DNA from: Macrostomum lignano
Taxonomy: Eukaryota
NCBI GenBank assembly: GCA_002269645.1
Contig: NIVC01001472.1
Span: forward strand, 124,001-188,000
Reading direction: 5' to 3'
DNA: 64,000 nucleotides
Positions within the stretch are counted from its first letter, which is position 1; each line of letters begins with the position of its first letter. Positions 13,717-25,800 of the stretch are shown one piece after another. The notes under the pieces are model-generated. The model did no database searches, was not told the origin of the DNA, and was given only the letters and a program-made list of their open reading frames with translations. A program made the position numbers and the translations under genes.

Positions 13717-15059
13717 CTTCAGCTGTCCGGAAAGTCGCGAGAATGTATTTAAAAAATCAGTTAGAACTATCAAAAAACACGATAACAGCACTAGTTGGTA
13801 ATGTAATTTTCCCTTGCATTGATTACAGCTTGGCAATGGTCAACGAGTCACTGAACCTCTCTTTTTAAGCAATCTTTGTCAAGGCCTCTTGCCCACTGCA
13901 ACACAGCTTCTTGAACTTCATTGTGGTTGCTGAATACTTGCCTGGAGAAATCAGTCTTCATCCAACTGAACAAAAAATGGTCGTACAGATTGAAGTCTGG
14001 GCTGTAAGGACTCTGAAATACCAGCTGAACTCCACAGGACTCCATGTACTGCTGCACAGAACGGGCTACATAAGGTCGCGCATTGTCCCACTGCCAAAGA
14101 ACATCCAACAGGTGAATTGGCTTTGACCTCAGAGTACACCATAGGTCTCCCGTGTGTCGAATGAATTCAACTAGCCATCTGCATCAACAGTTTGCTTCGG
14201 GGCTGTGGATTTAATGGAGAAGCGCTTGCTTGGAATGAAAGCAACCAGAAGCATTGTCTTTGCATTCCCGACCGAGTGCCTGACAACCTGGGGCCGATGA
14301 TCTCCTTGGCCAAGCCAGCACCTGTTGTTTTGCTTTGTGCCAGTGTTGTTCAGGTACACCCACGTCTCATCTTCCACCACGTACTTGTCGCAAAAGTTTT
14401 CCACCCCCTCGTTGTAAAAAAGCCTGTGGATTTGCTTGGCACAATTGATGCGAGCAGTCCTTGGATAGAGCATGAGGAACCCAGACGGCAGAAAAGTTTC
14501 GAAGGTGCAAATCCTCGGTCAAAATTTTGTGCACTGTTGTTTTACCAACTTCCAAAAAGTTGGCGAGGTCTCGGACACTAACTGATGAATCCTCTTCATC
14601 TAGAGCTCGGCAGGTTTCGATCCGTTCCATTGTCCTTGTTGACCGTGGCCGGCCAGTCCGAGGAGCTGAGGCCAGGGGAAATGCTTCATCACGGAACTTT
14701 GAGTACCATCTGTAAACTGTTGACTGACCTGGTGCGGCATCTCCATAAACTTTAAGTAGTTCATCATAACAACTAATAGCAGAGATTCCAAGACGGTATC
14801 TAGCGTAGGCATAAGCCTGGAAATCTTCCATTTTGACAAACTCTATATTAAATTTTTCAAGCTTGATCACCGCGTTGCATTGGTTTTTGAGCACTTTATG
14901 CTGAGCTCGCCCCTGCCCCTAATTTTGCTGCTAGAATAACAAGAATTTTCACCATAGACATCTATGAGGCTATCATTGAAATTTTATGTGTGCCATGTCA
15001 TCAGCTTGCTGCTTTCTTGCTTGACTGACACATTCTCACAACTTTCCAGACAGGCGAAG
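13717..15059 (-). mobile_element. Full-length (1343 bp) defective mariner (DD34D) DNA transposon
   Basis: 30-bp TIRs 13717..13746 CTTCAGCTGTCCGGAAAGTCGCGAGAATGT vs revcomp of 15030..15059 CTTCGCCTGTCTGGAAAGTTGTGAGAATGT; TA at 13715-16 and 15060-61. Confidence 0.93.
13791..14831 (-). pseudogene. Mariner transposase pseudogene (~346 codons; at least two frameshifts and a premature TGA)
   Basis: HTH region STVYRWYSKF..RTGRP, WVPHAL, VEDETWV, QWDNARP, YSPDFNLYD with 34 residues between the 2nd and 3rd Asp; spread over ORFs 14367..14894, 14171..14473 and 13848..14108; tail continues past TGA as LVDHCQAVINARENYITN*. Confidence 0.9.
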
Positions 15060-17531
15060 TATTATTATTAGTTATTAGTTACCCATAATTGCATAGGCCA
15101 AATTGCAATATTGTTTTAATTTATATTTAGGCATAATCAATGTTATTATTAGGCACATGACAAAGATAGCCATGGCCATATACCAATAATCCAAGATGGC
15201 CATAGCTCTAAATTAAGAGTAAGGTAAGCCTAGGCCCTAGGTCTATATATTTCCTTATTTCTTATTATATAAGCATAGATCTAAAAAAGTTTTGAAGGGG
15301 ACATAGATAGATTAGGCCTAAGCCTACCAAATTGTATCTTTGCTTTTGATTGATTGATTTAAATAAAATGTAAAATAGGGCCTAGCAATATACAAAAATT
15401 ATAAAGTCAAACTAAAACTTATATTTTATAAGGATGCTTTTAGCCTTTATTCCTAAATATGCTATTGATTTTTTATTAGTAATAATTGTTATTGAAATGA
15501 TATATAAAACTTTAACTCATTTTAGAAACATAATTTTCAAGCTAATATTAATGTTTCCTATATTTATATTTGTAGCTTAGCTGGTAAATTCCATTATAAC
15601 TATTATTATATAACATTAAGACATAGAACCCTGATAGATACCTTGGAAAGGCAGCTAGATATTGTATATGTAGCCATGCTGTATGCAGAGTTTGGAATGC
15701 ATAATAGTCTAGATAGCAATATAATACTAGGCCTATACTATAGCTATAGCAAAGCTTTAGCTAGGCCTAATATAGTAATTTGTAGCTAGTGACAAAACTT
15801 GCTATGTATTGCACGCAGAGCAAGTATATTTTGCAGAGTGGAAAAATGGTAAAGCATGGAATGGGGATACAAAGAGCCTTATAGTAGGCCAGTGCAATAT
15901 GAGTCTTTGTCCCCCCCTCCCCAGCTTCCAGACATGCAGATCTTACAGAGGTTGAACCAATCAATTGGGGCTCGGCCCACGCTGCATAGAGGTAGATAGT
16001 GCATTTCTACTAAGACAGTGCACTAGACGCTGGGGACAGACTGTCTAGGGGTGGAGTACACTCTTTGCCACAAATAGTTATTTTTTGCTAAAATCAATCA
16101 TATAGTCATACCTACCTACTTATCTACCTATCTATAATAGATCAATAATTTTTAGTATAAATAAAACAACAATAATAAGAAACAAGCTATAGCTTAATAT
16201 TAGCCATTATTAGGTTATTAATATTAGGTTATAATAAATTAGGCCTAGGTCTATTAAATATATAGAAACATTGCTATTATCCTTGCTTATTAGCAATATT
16301 GGCTATTTTAATCACAATGACAATTAGATATATATCTAGCGTTGGCTAGGCTTTGACTATTTTCTATTTCCTTGTTTATTATTATTAGCAATAGCTAGCT
16401 AGGTTGTCTTTCTTATAATAGTATAGCTTTCAATTGGAGCTCTAGTCTTTCTTATCTTCTTAGAATAATAAATATCTACAATTTTATATTATAACCACTG
16501 GCTACCACATAATATTAAATATATAATTATAAGCAAATATAAGATATATAAATCAACTTTATTTAAAGATTTAAATAGACCAATTTTAAATTTCAAATTT
16601 TATACATATTTTGTCTATAAAACATGTAAGATGAAATGGTTAGGGAGGAAAATAGAAAAGAAGAAAGAAATAGATAAATGAAGTGCTTGATATATCAATA
16701 AGCAATAACCTTCCACCTTATCCCTGTTTTTATACCTATACCTATTAATTTGTTTGATAGGCCTAGTCTATCTATATATCTGTATATCTAAGGTCTGCAC
16801 ATCCTATTTCTCCATTTTTATTTGGAATCTTACTAGTTTAGACTTTGTGCCTAATCCCATTGCCTTAAGAGTCAAGATTTCATATCCCAAATTGGTACAT
16901 ATTTAACAATTTACTATATAAGTTGTATTGATTCATCTGACTTAATCTGTTCTTTATTTTTATATTGAAGATGTCAATTAAGCCATGAGCTGCAGTTTAT
17001 AACTATTTTGATCTAAGTATAAGTTTTGTGCTTCAAATAATTAAGTTTTGTCTTTGCCTCATCATTAAAATGCACTATTACTAGAAGATTTTAAAAAATA
17101 ATTTCAATTTTAGAAAACTTTGTCTTAAAATTTCAATTGAAAAATCAGTTTCAATCTATCTCTAGTTTCTATAATAAATATAATAGACTATTTGCAATAT
17201 GATATTAGATTAAATAAATGTTTAATTAACCAAAAATGGAAACCTGAACCCCCCTAATTGGGACCCAGGACTTTTGGGATTTCAAGGTTTCTATCACTTG
17301 TCAAATTGGAGTAATCTGTAAAAGATAAAGTCTGTAGACTTTTGACACTTCTGTCAGCCAGAGAGACTCAGCAGTGTAAAGGGTAGGGTAGAGATGTTGG
17401 TGGTTTGTTTGATTTTGAACTTTTCTGATGCACTGCATGCACTGCACTGCTGATACTTGAAACCCAGCTAACATTACTATTGAATTGGCCCTTTTCCAGC
17501 CAAGTATATTCATATTATCAACAAAGCAGAC

Positions 17532-18832
17532 ATGGCGGCAAGCAAAGGCCTGAAAATTCTTGTTGGCTGCAAGCGAGTCATTGACTACGCTGTTAAAGTT
17601 CGCGTCAAACCAGACAGGTCTGGGGTTGTGACCGAGGGCGTCAAGCACTCCATGAACCCATTCGACGAGATCGCTGTAGAAGAGGCTGTCCGCATGAAAG
17701 AGAAGAAACTGGCTGGCGAAGCCGTGGCCATCTCGGTTGGCCCACCGCAGTCCCAGGAGACTCTGCGCACCGCACTGGCGATGGGCATCGATCGGGCCAT
17801 TCACGTTGAGATTCCGCTGGCCCAATTAGAGAAACTGCAGCCAATTCACGTGTCAAAGCTATTGGCCAAGGTGTGCGAATCAGAGAAACCGGATTTAGTC
17901 ATCCTTGGCAAGCAGGCTATTGATGACGATTGCAACCAGACTGGCCAGATGCTGGCTGCCCTGCTTGACTGGCCTCAGGCCACCTTCGCCTCCAAGATTG
18001 AGCCTAGCCAGGTTAGCGATTGTTATAGATCTCATCGATTCTCTGATAGATCTCATCGATTCTCTGATAGATCTCTTCGATTGTCTGATAGATCTCATCG
18101 ATTCTCTGATAGATCTCTTCGATTGTCTGATAGATCTCATCGATTCTCTGATAGATCTCTTTGATTCTCTGATAGATCTCATCGATTCTCTGATAAATCT
18201 TATCGATTCTCTGATAGATCTCTTCGATTCTCTGATAGATCTCATCGATTCTCTGATAAATCTTATCGATTCTCTGATAGATCTCTTCGATTCTCTGATA
18301 GATCTCTTCGATACTCTGATAGATCTCTTCGATTCTCTAATAGATCTCTTAGATTCTCCTATAGATCTCATCGATGATAGATCTCATCGATTCTCTTATA
18401 GATCTCATCGACTCTGTTATAGATCGTATCTTATCTCTCCATTGCCCATCACTGACTCTCCATTGCCCATCACTGACTCTCCATTGCCATCACTGACTCT
18501 CCATTGCCCATCAATACCCTCCGCAGGACTCTAAGCAGCTCCGGGTGACCCGCGAGGTGGACGGCGGCCTGGAGACCATCGATGTGTCGGTCCCGGCCGT
18601 CGTGACCAGCGACCTGCGGCTGAACGAGCCCCGCTACGCAACCCTGCCGAACATCATGAAGGCGAAGAAGAAGCCGCTAGCCAAGATGTCCCCCGACCAG
18701 CTCGGCGTGGATCTGCAGCCCCGCCAGGAGGTGATCAGCGTCGAGGACCCGCCGGTGCGCAAAGCTGGCGCCAAAGTTGAATCAGTGGAAGACCTCGTTG
18801 GCAAGCTTCGCGAGAAGGGCCTGGTGAAGTAG
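17532..18832 (+). CDS. ETFB: Electron transfer flavoprotein subunit beta, ~261 aa
   Basis: Exons 17532..18011 and 18527..18832 (phase 0; GTTAGC donor, CCGCAG acceptor). Motifs: [77 protein letters not shown]. Confidence 0.97.
18020..18510. repeat. Two adjacent 21-bp arrays filling the ETFB intron: (TCTGATAGATCTCATCGATTC)n then (CCATTGCCCATCACTGACTCT)n
   Basis: Seen directly; generates ORFs 17895..18371 and 17905..18534. Confidence 0.93.
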
Positions 18833-19539
18833 ACTGATTGATTGCGCAGCCAAGTTGGTGTTTGAACTGGAGAGCCTTTTAGGAGCGGGGGCTGTGTTAA
18901 TCCAATGATGATTCTATATTATGGCAATCTTTTTTGGGGCTCAATTGCGTCTTACGTATTTAACGACAGCTGGAGTTTATCTCGGCGCGAGTTTAAATTG
19001 TGACGAAGAATGAATTTATAAGAAAACCAGTTAAAGCAAACTACGAAAGATTGCCATTATTTTGTGTGCGTGTTTTCACTTTGCTCCATTAGATTCCCCT
19101 GGCTTTGATTGACAGCTTAGCTCATGCTGTGTTTTTAATTGAAACCATTTGGCGATTAGTAAATTATATAGTGTATCGATAATAGTTAGCCTATCAAATT
19201 GCTGCTCGCTCTCATTATAGCGCTGATTTGAGTTTAATAAATTATGCCGCTCCCAGCCCAGTGTTCCAGTCCATATGCTACTATAGGTATCCACTGGTCT
19301 TAAAGCTGCTTATTCATTTTCGACAAGAAATGTGTTTTTTTACTGTGTTCGCGTTCTGGACAAGGTAAATCGTACCGCAACCTTTTCTTGTTAAATTTTT
19401 TGTTTAGCTATGAATTGATATGAAATAAAAGCCGAATATGATTGTTTCATTGTTGAATTGAATTTTCCTAGTTTAAAAATGTTTTAAGATTTGTGCTTTT
19501 TTAAAGGTAAAATTGCTGCTTCTATTTTCCCACTGTTCC

Positions 19540-20405
19540 AGTCCAGTATGCTCTTAGAAAGGAGTCCTTGGTTTTACCTGACAGGCTTCCAGTCCAGTTG
19601 ACTTCTAGAAAGGAGCCCTTGGCTGACCCGATTGGACTTCCAGTCCAGTAGATTTTTAGATCGAAAGAGTCCTTGGATTTCTCTGATAGGCTCCCAGTCC
19701 AGTTGACTTCTAGAAAGGAGCCCTTGGCTGACCCGATTGGACTTCCAGTCCAGTAGATTTTTAGATCGAAAGAGTCCTTGGATTTCTCTGATAGGCTCCC
19801 AGTCCAGTTGACTTCTAGAAAGGAGCCCTTGGCTGACCCGATTGGACTTCCAGTCCAGTAGATTTTTAGATCGAAAGAGTCCTTGGATTTCTCTGATAGG
19901 CTCCCAGTCCAGTTGACTTCTAGAAAGGACTCCTTGGCTGACCCAATTGGACTTCTAGTCCAGTAGATTTTTAGATCGAAAGAGTCCTTGGATTTCTCTG
20001 ATAGGCTCCCAGTCCAGTTGACTTCTAGAAAGGACTCCTTGGCTGACCCAATTGGACTTCTAGTCCAGTAGATTTTTAGATCGAAAGAGTCCTTGGATTT
20101 CTCTGATAGGCTCCCAGTCCAGTTGACTTCTAGAAAGGACTCCTTGGCTGACCCAATTGGACTTCTAGTCCAGTAGATTTTTAGATCGAAAGAGTCCTTG
20201 GATTTCTCTGATAGGCTCCCAGTCCAGTTGACTTCTAGAAAGGACTCCTTGGCTGACCCAATTGGACTTCTAGTCCAGTAGATTTTTAGATCGAAAGAGT
20301 CCTTGGATTTCTCTGATAGGCTCCCAGTCCAGTTGACTTCTAGAAAGGAGCCCTTGGCTGACCCAATTGGACTTCTAGTCCAGTAGATTTTTAGAAAGGA
20401 GTCCT
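19540..20405. repeat. 105-bp tandem array (dimer of ~52-bp subunits) between ETFB and NSA2
   Basis: CCAGTCCAGTTGAC recurs at 19694 and 19799 (period 105); both halves start CCAGTCCAGT and carry AAAG(G)AG.CCTTGG. Confidence 0.92.
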
Positions 20406-20544
20406 TGGAGTAATTTTAATAGTTTAAGGCCTACAGGGACTCATTATTTATCTTCAGTCTCGGGAATCTAGCACACAATTTAGAAATTTAGTTTTCAAAT
20501 CGGTTTTCTACTATAAGTAGTTTGTAATTTTTAATATTTTTTAG

Positions 20545-21663
20545 CCTCAGAACGAGCACATCGAGCTGCACCGGAAGCGGCACGGCCGCCGGTTCGATCA
20601 CGATGAGAAGCAGCGCAAGAAGGAGGCCAGACAGGGCCGGCTGCGGTCTAAGAAGGCGCGAACTCTGCGTGGACTCAAGGCCAAGCTGTACAACAAGGAG
20701 CGGCACAAGGAGAAGGTGCAGATGAAGAAGACGCTGCGTGCGCACGATCAGCGGGACACGCGGCAGCGAGCCGACGATCAGGAGGTTCCGGAGGGCGCCA
20801 AGCCTGTCTACCTGCTGGATAGGGAGGACCAGACCAGGGCCAAGGTGCTGTCTAACATGCTCAAGCAGAAGCGAAAGGAGAAAGCAGGTGAGTAATGCTT
20901 TTTTGTGATCCCTCACATCAGCCACTCCCTGAATCCCATGTCAGCCACTCCCTGACTCCCATGTCAGCCACACTCTCTGATCCCCACATCAGCCGCTCTC
21001 TGATCCCCACATCAGCCACTCCCTGACTCCCATGTCAGCCACACTCTCTGATTCCCACATCAGCCACTCCTTGATCCCCTCATCAGTCACTCCTTGGGTT
21101 AGTGGAGTGGATAGTTACTCCTTGATCCCACACCAGATATTCCCCATATCAATTGCAACCCCTAATCCCCACCCCCATACGGGGGAAGCGCACCTACACA
21201 ATTGGAACCCCTCTAATCCGCAGGCAAGTGCGACGTGCCGATCCCGAAGGTCCGCGCCACGTCCGAGGCGGAGGCGTTCCGCGCTCTGCGCAGCGGCAAA
21301 TCCAAGCGCAAAGCCTGGAAGCGGATGGTTACCAAGGTGACATTTGTGCCTGACGGTTTCACTAGGAAGCCGCCGAAATATGAGCGATTTATTCGGCCAA
21401 CAGGACTGCGCTTCAAGGTCGCTCACGTGACTCATCCGGAGCTCAAAGCCACGTTCCAGCTGCCGTTGCTGGGCGTGAAAAAGAATCCAACATCGTCTCT
21501 GTACACCAGCCTGGGCATCATCACTAAGGGCACGGTGATCGAGGTGAACGTCAGCGATCTGGGCCTGGTGACGCAGTCCGGCAAAGTTGTTTGGGGGAAA
21601 TACGCCCAGGTGACTAACTGTCCGGAGAATGACGGCTGCATCAATGCCGTGCTACTGGTTTGA
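20545..21663 (+). CDS. NSA2: Ribosome biogenesis protein NSA2; initiator Met not found in local genomic sequence
   Basis: Exons 20545..20887 and 21224..21663 (phase 1). Starts [14 protein letters not shown] right after TTTTTTAG; includes [71 protein letters not shown]. Confidence 0.95.
20915..21090. repeat. Degenerate ~22-24-bp array (TCAGCCACTCCCTGACTCCCATG-like) in the NSA2 intron
   Basis: About 7 diverged copies seen directly. Confidence 0.75.
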
Positions 21664-22254
21664 CAAGCTTCAAAAAGGCCATTTTTTTCTATTCGACTAC
21701 TTAAAGTAGTTTGTGTTTGTCGAAAACCTGGCAAAATATGTTTCGGCTTGAGCATTTTAAACGTTGCCCTTAATTGATGCGCTTCTCCTAGCCGGCCTAA
21801 TCCTTGTCTTAAGTATGTCTATTCGTGCTTCGATATAACTAAACTGTGTGGCTGAATAAATTGATAGGCTTTGCATTGGCTGCTGCAAGTAGCAAGGCAG
21901 ACCGTTGTTGCTTTTGTCGCTTTGGCGGACTTGTGAGCACAATTTTTTGAGCTCAAACGAAATCGTTGCAGTTAGAAACTAGTTCTTCACTATTTTTTTC
22001 AAAATTAAAATCAATCGTCTAAAACAGAGATTCTGGAGTCATCGTCTCATTGGTTATTCTCGTCGATTTGCACCTTAGCGATGATTGAGTCATCCATCTC
22101 TCTGGTTTGGTATCCTTCATCCGATATCTGAGCCATTATAGTGCATCTCTTTTGTCTCTTCGGAGAGCACATTGATGGTAGAGTTATCTCTTGATTGATC
22201 TCGTTAGTGAGCGCAAGATGCAACACTTGATTGATCTCGTTAATGAGCAAAATA

Positions 22255-22800
22255 TGCATCTCTTGATTGGTCTCTGTGAGCACAAGATTCATCCCTTGAT
22301 TGGTCTCTGTGAGCACAAGATGCGTCTCTTGATTGGTCTCTGTGAGCACAAGATGCATCTCTTGATTGGTCTCTGTGAGCACAAGATTCATCCCTTGATT
22401 GGTCTCTGTGAGCACAAGATGCATCTCTTGATTGGTCTCTGTGAGCACAAGGTTCATCCCTTGATTGGTCTCTGTGAGCACAAGATGCATCTCTTGATTG
22501 GTCTCTGTGAGCACAAGATGCATCTCTTGATTGGTCTCTGTGAGCACAAGATTCATCCCTTGATTGGTCTCTGTGAGCACAAGATGCATCTCTTGATTGG
22601 TCTCTGTGAGCACAAGATGCATCTCTTGATTGGTCTCTGTGAGCACAAGATTCATCCCTTGATTGGTCTCTGTGAGCACAAGATGCATCTCTTGATTGGT
22701 CTCTGTGAGCACAAGATGCATCTCTTGATTGGTCTCTGTGAGCACAAGATTCATCCCTTGATTGGTCTCTGTGAGCACAAAATTCATCCATCTCTTGATT
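22255..22800. repeat. 33-bp tandem array (CTTGATTGGTCTCTGTGAGCACAAGATGCATCT)n, stop-free in several frames
   Basis: About 16 copies with two alternating variants (GATGCATCT / GATTCATCC). Confidence 0.95.
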
Positions 22801-25800
22801 GGTCTCGTTGACGAGCAACATATCAATGGTTGAATAATCCTAAGTCTCATTAACGAATGTGAGACTCTTTGAGTCATCTTCCAGACGAATCTCGTCTATC
22901 CGTGTGCCGTCGTTTCTGATTTGCACCCAGTTGAACTTTGGCGTGTTTGTTTTGCTTTGTCATTTGTACTCTGTGACTTGTATTCGCTAAGCGGTACATT
23001 TATTTTGCCATTCAAGAGCTTTGCGGAAGTTCGTGTACGAACTACTTCGCTAAGCCTGTTGGGGAGACAAATCAAACAGGAGCTTAATGACCCTGGCTTG
23101 TTCTATGCAAACAATAGACCGGCCCGAAAACGGTCATCAAATTCGACATAAAACGCTATCAGCATTAAAATAGCAGATAAAATAGCAGACTATTTAAATA
23201 GCAGAATGGGGGCCGTCGTTTGCACAAGAGTTTTTGCAATAGAGCTGCTTGTTACTTTAAACAACGGACGGTCATTATCTTTTTTAAATATAAGAGCATC
23301 TTTCATGGGCCGAGTAGGGCGAGGTCTCTGTTAGAAACGCTATTTTTTGTCTACTCCAGCAGATGCATCATGTGACCGCAGGGTTAGACTAATCCTTTCA
23401 TTCCAGTGCTGATGGACAGTTATATCTCGTCAGCGGGTCAGGGTTGGCGGGATTAGATCGTGCCGACGCTGATTGCTGATTCGCATTTATTTGAAGTGGA
23501 TCGAGCGGGGCCAACCGCATGATGGCGCTTTACTGATGACTTGCGTCTTCCTGGCGAAGATTTGGAGATTTCATCAGCAGAAAGTTTGTCTTACGAGGCC
23601 TTTAACCGCCTATTTAAAGTTTGGAGTCCAAATTTGGCGGTGCGGGGGTCGGTGGACATGGGCCAATGGGTATTGGCAGGAGGAAAGATTTTCGTTTCGA
23701 TGCAGCAGTCGCGTTAGAAAAACGGCGTTTGTGGCGGGTATAGTAGCGGGAGGTGCCGCGGGTGGGAGCTTGTGCGGCGGTGACAACTGCGGAGCGGATT
23801 GCAGGGGAGGCGAGCTGATGTAAGGCTGGTGATGGAGGCGATCAACCGGGTCAAGGCCCCCTCCTCCCCTACAATCGGCTGGAAAAAAGTAATATGGCGC
23901 CCCCTTGCAGTAGCTTTGGCGTCCCTACACGTATCTGAGATGTGGCCTCCCCATGCAGTGAAAAATTATGGCTACACCCCTGCAATCAACGAGTTCAATT
24001 ATAGGTATCTGGCAGATCTTATAAATACAACCTTCCTCAGTCCGTAATATCTTGAAAATCTCGGCTCGGGCACCTTGGGGATTATAGCGTGAAGCTGACC
24101 CTGGCATGGGGGCTTTTCCAGTCAGCTATTTTTCTACCCATCATCTCCCTAATCCCTCCAGGTATCCCAGCCAAGTCTGTGTATCTCCTTGCTCGTTATT
24201 TTTCTCTCTCCTCTCAGATCCCCTTCATCAGTCTTGACCTTCCAATTCCCTTCTGATCTTCCTATGCCGCGCCCACTGCCTACATCAGGCCGGTTTACAT
24301 TGGTGTTCGGACTGGCGGGTCCCGCTACTTCCCCGCGCTGCCTTCAGCTGAGGCCGAGGGTCTATAAATTTTGGCCTTCCAACCTAACTTTAGAAGTGGT
24401 CAAAAATCGTAGCAAAACAAATGATAACTAATTTTTTTGAGCCTGTCCCTGGGGCGGGATTTCGGCTGCAGGGAAAGTTTGCATTTAACCAAATACAACC
24501 TGTGGTTGCTACACGTACGAGCGTATCTTAAGAACCCGACGGTCTGCTGCTGTTCTTTCTGAACTTTCTGGGGGCTTAAAGGGTTGGACTTTCTGTGACC
24601 CTGTTTAACCAAATCGTTTATAGCTGGTAGCGCTGTTTAACTAGCAAGTACATGTGTACCAACTTACCCCGCTTTTTACAGGGAAAGGTTAAAAAGCAGA
24701 ACAGTTTTTTTCTGTTGAATGATTCTTTAAAAGGGTTTTTAGGTGTCACAGGCTGAGTCATGCAGGCGCACACGAATTTGACCCAGCAGCGCAGTTTCGC
24801 ACTTATCCTACCTTTCCCTCCCTCTCTAGCGATCTTTCTCCTCGCCCTGCCGATCCGGGGATAAACACGGCCACGACCTTGGAGGGGTGGTCGGGGGGGG
24901 GGGGGGTTAAGTAATACGAGGCGGCGTTTTCTGACAACAGAAAAAGGCGGAGCCGGCCGCAAGGACAAATCAACCAGTTGCGGCTCTGCCCCCCCCCCCT
25001 GCCCCATCTCTTTTCTTTTATGCACCCCCGCCAGTTAGACAGCGGCCGCAGCAGATGGGCAATTATGACTAAAACTCTCTGCGACGATGCTGCGCAGAAA
25101 CGACGTCTCGCCCGCTGCCAAGATGCGGATGGGGCCGATGGGTGGCTGCATGCAGGAGGTCCCGCTTTTTTTAAAGATCTCCGCCCGGTTGCCGGGTCGG
25201 TCGGGGCTCTTATCTGGTTGGAAATCTGGCAGTTTTTGCTATATCGCATAAAATACTGGATGGGAAAGAATGTGGAAAGGAATAATTATTTGCTCTTCGA
25301 ATGCGATAGTGTTATATGAAGCTTATGCATTATAATAGTCAATAAATTACATGACTAATTCCAGTGTAGAAGGGGGCCGTAGCCCGGTGGTCTGGCGCGG
25401 CGCTTTGATGTGCCAGCGGCCCAGGCTCGATTCCCAGTGCAGGCACATTAATTTGGGGCTGAATTGGAAACTCGGCTTGGCTCTGCTCGTGCAATTAACG
25501 GCCAACCTCGGCCAAAGGAGGGCCAGCCCCCAAGGCACAGTGAAGTGTACATGTCTAACGATAAATAAAGTTAGGGCCGCTGTACACTCATGTGTGAGTG
25601 TGTACCTGTCGTATGACTGCGTACGTATCCGCGCGCTTGTGTACCTGTTCAGGGGAGTCGGCGGAACAGGCAGTAATGCCTCTCGCCGGTTGTGAGACAA
25701 TGTCGTTTAAAGTGCGCCAGGGTAAAGTACACAGCCCTCTGCCTCTAATAAAAATACGTGTTAGCATTAGCCGAGTTAACACAAGTTTCACGTTAATGCC

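Noticed and set aside
17240-17300. tRNA/SINE-like stretch on the minus strand
   Set aside because: No intact cloverleaf or clear A/B boxes could be built.
22800-23140. RIP-like CpA->TpA mutagenesis suggested by TAG stops and frequent TA/CTAG
   Set aside because: CpA and TpG remain abundant; the pattern is explained by CpG loss, and the number of stops is near random expectation.
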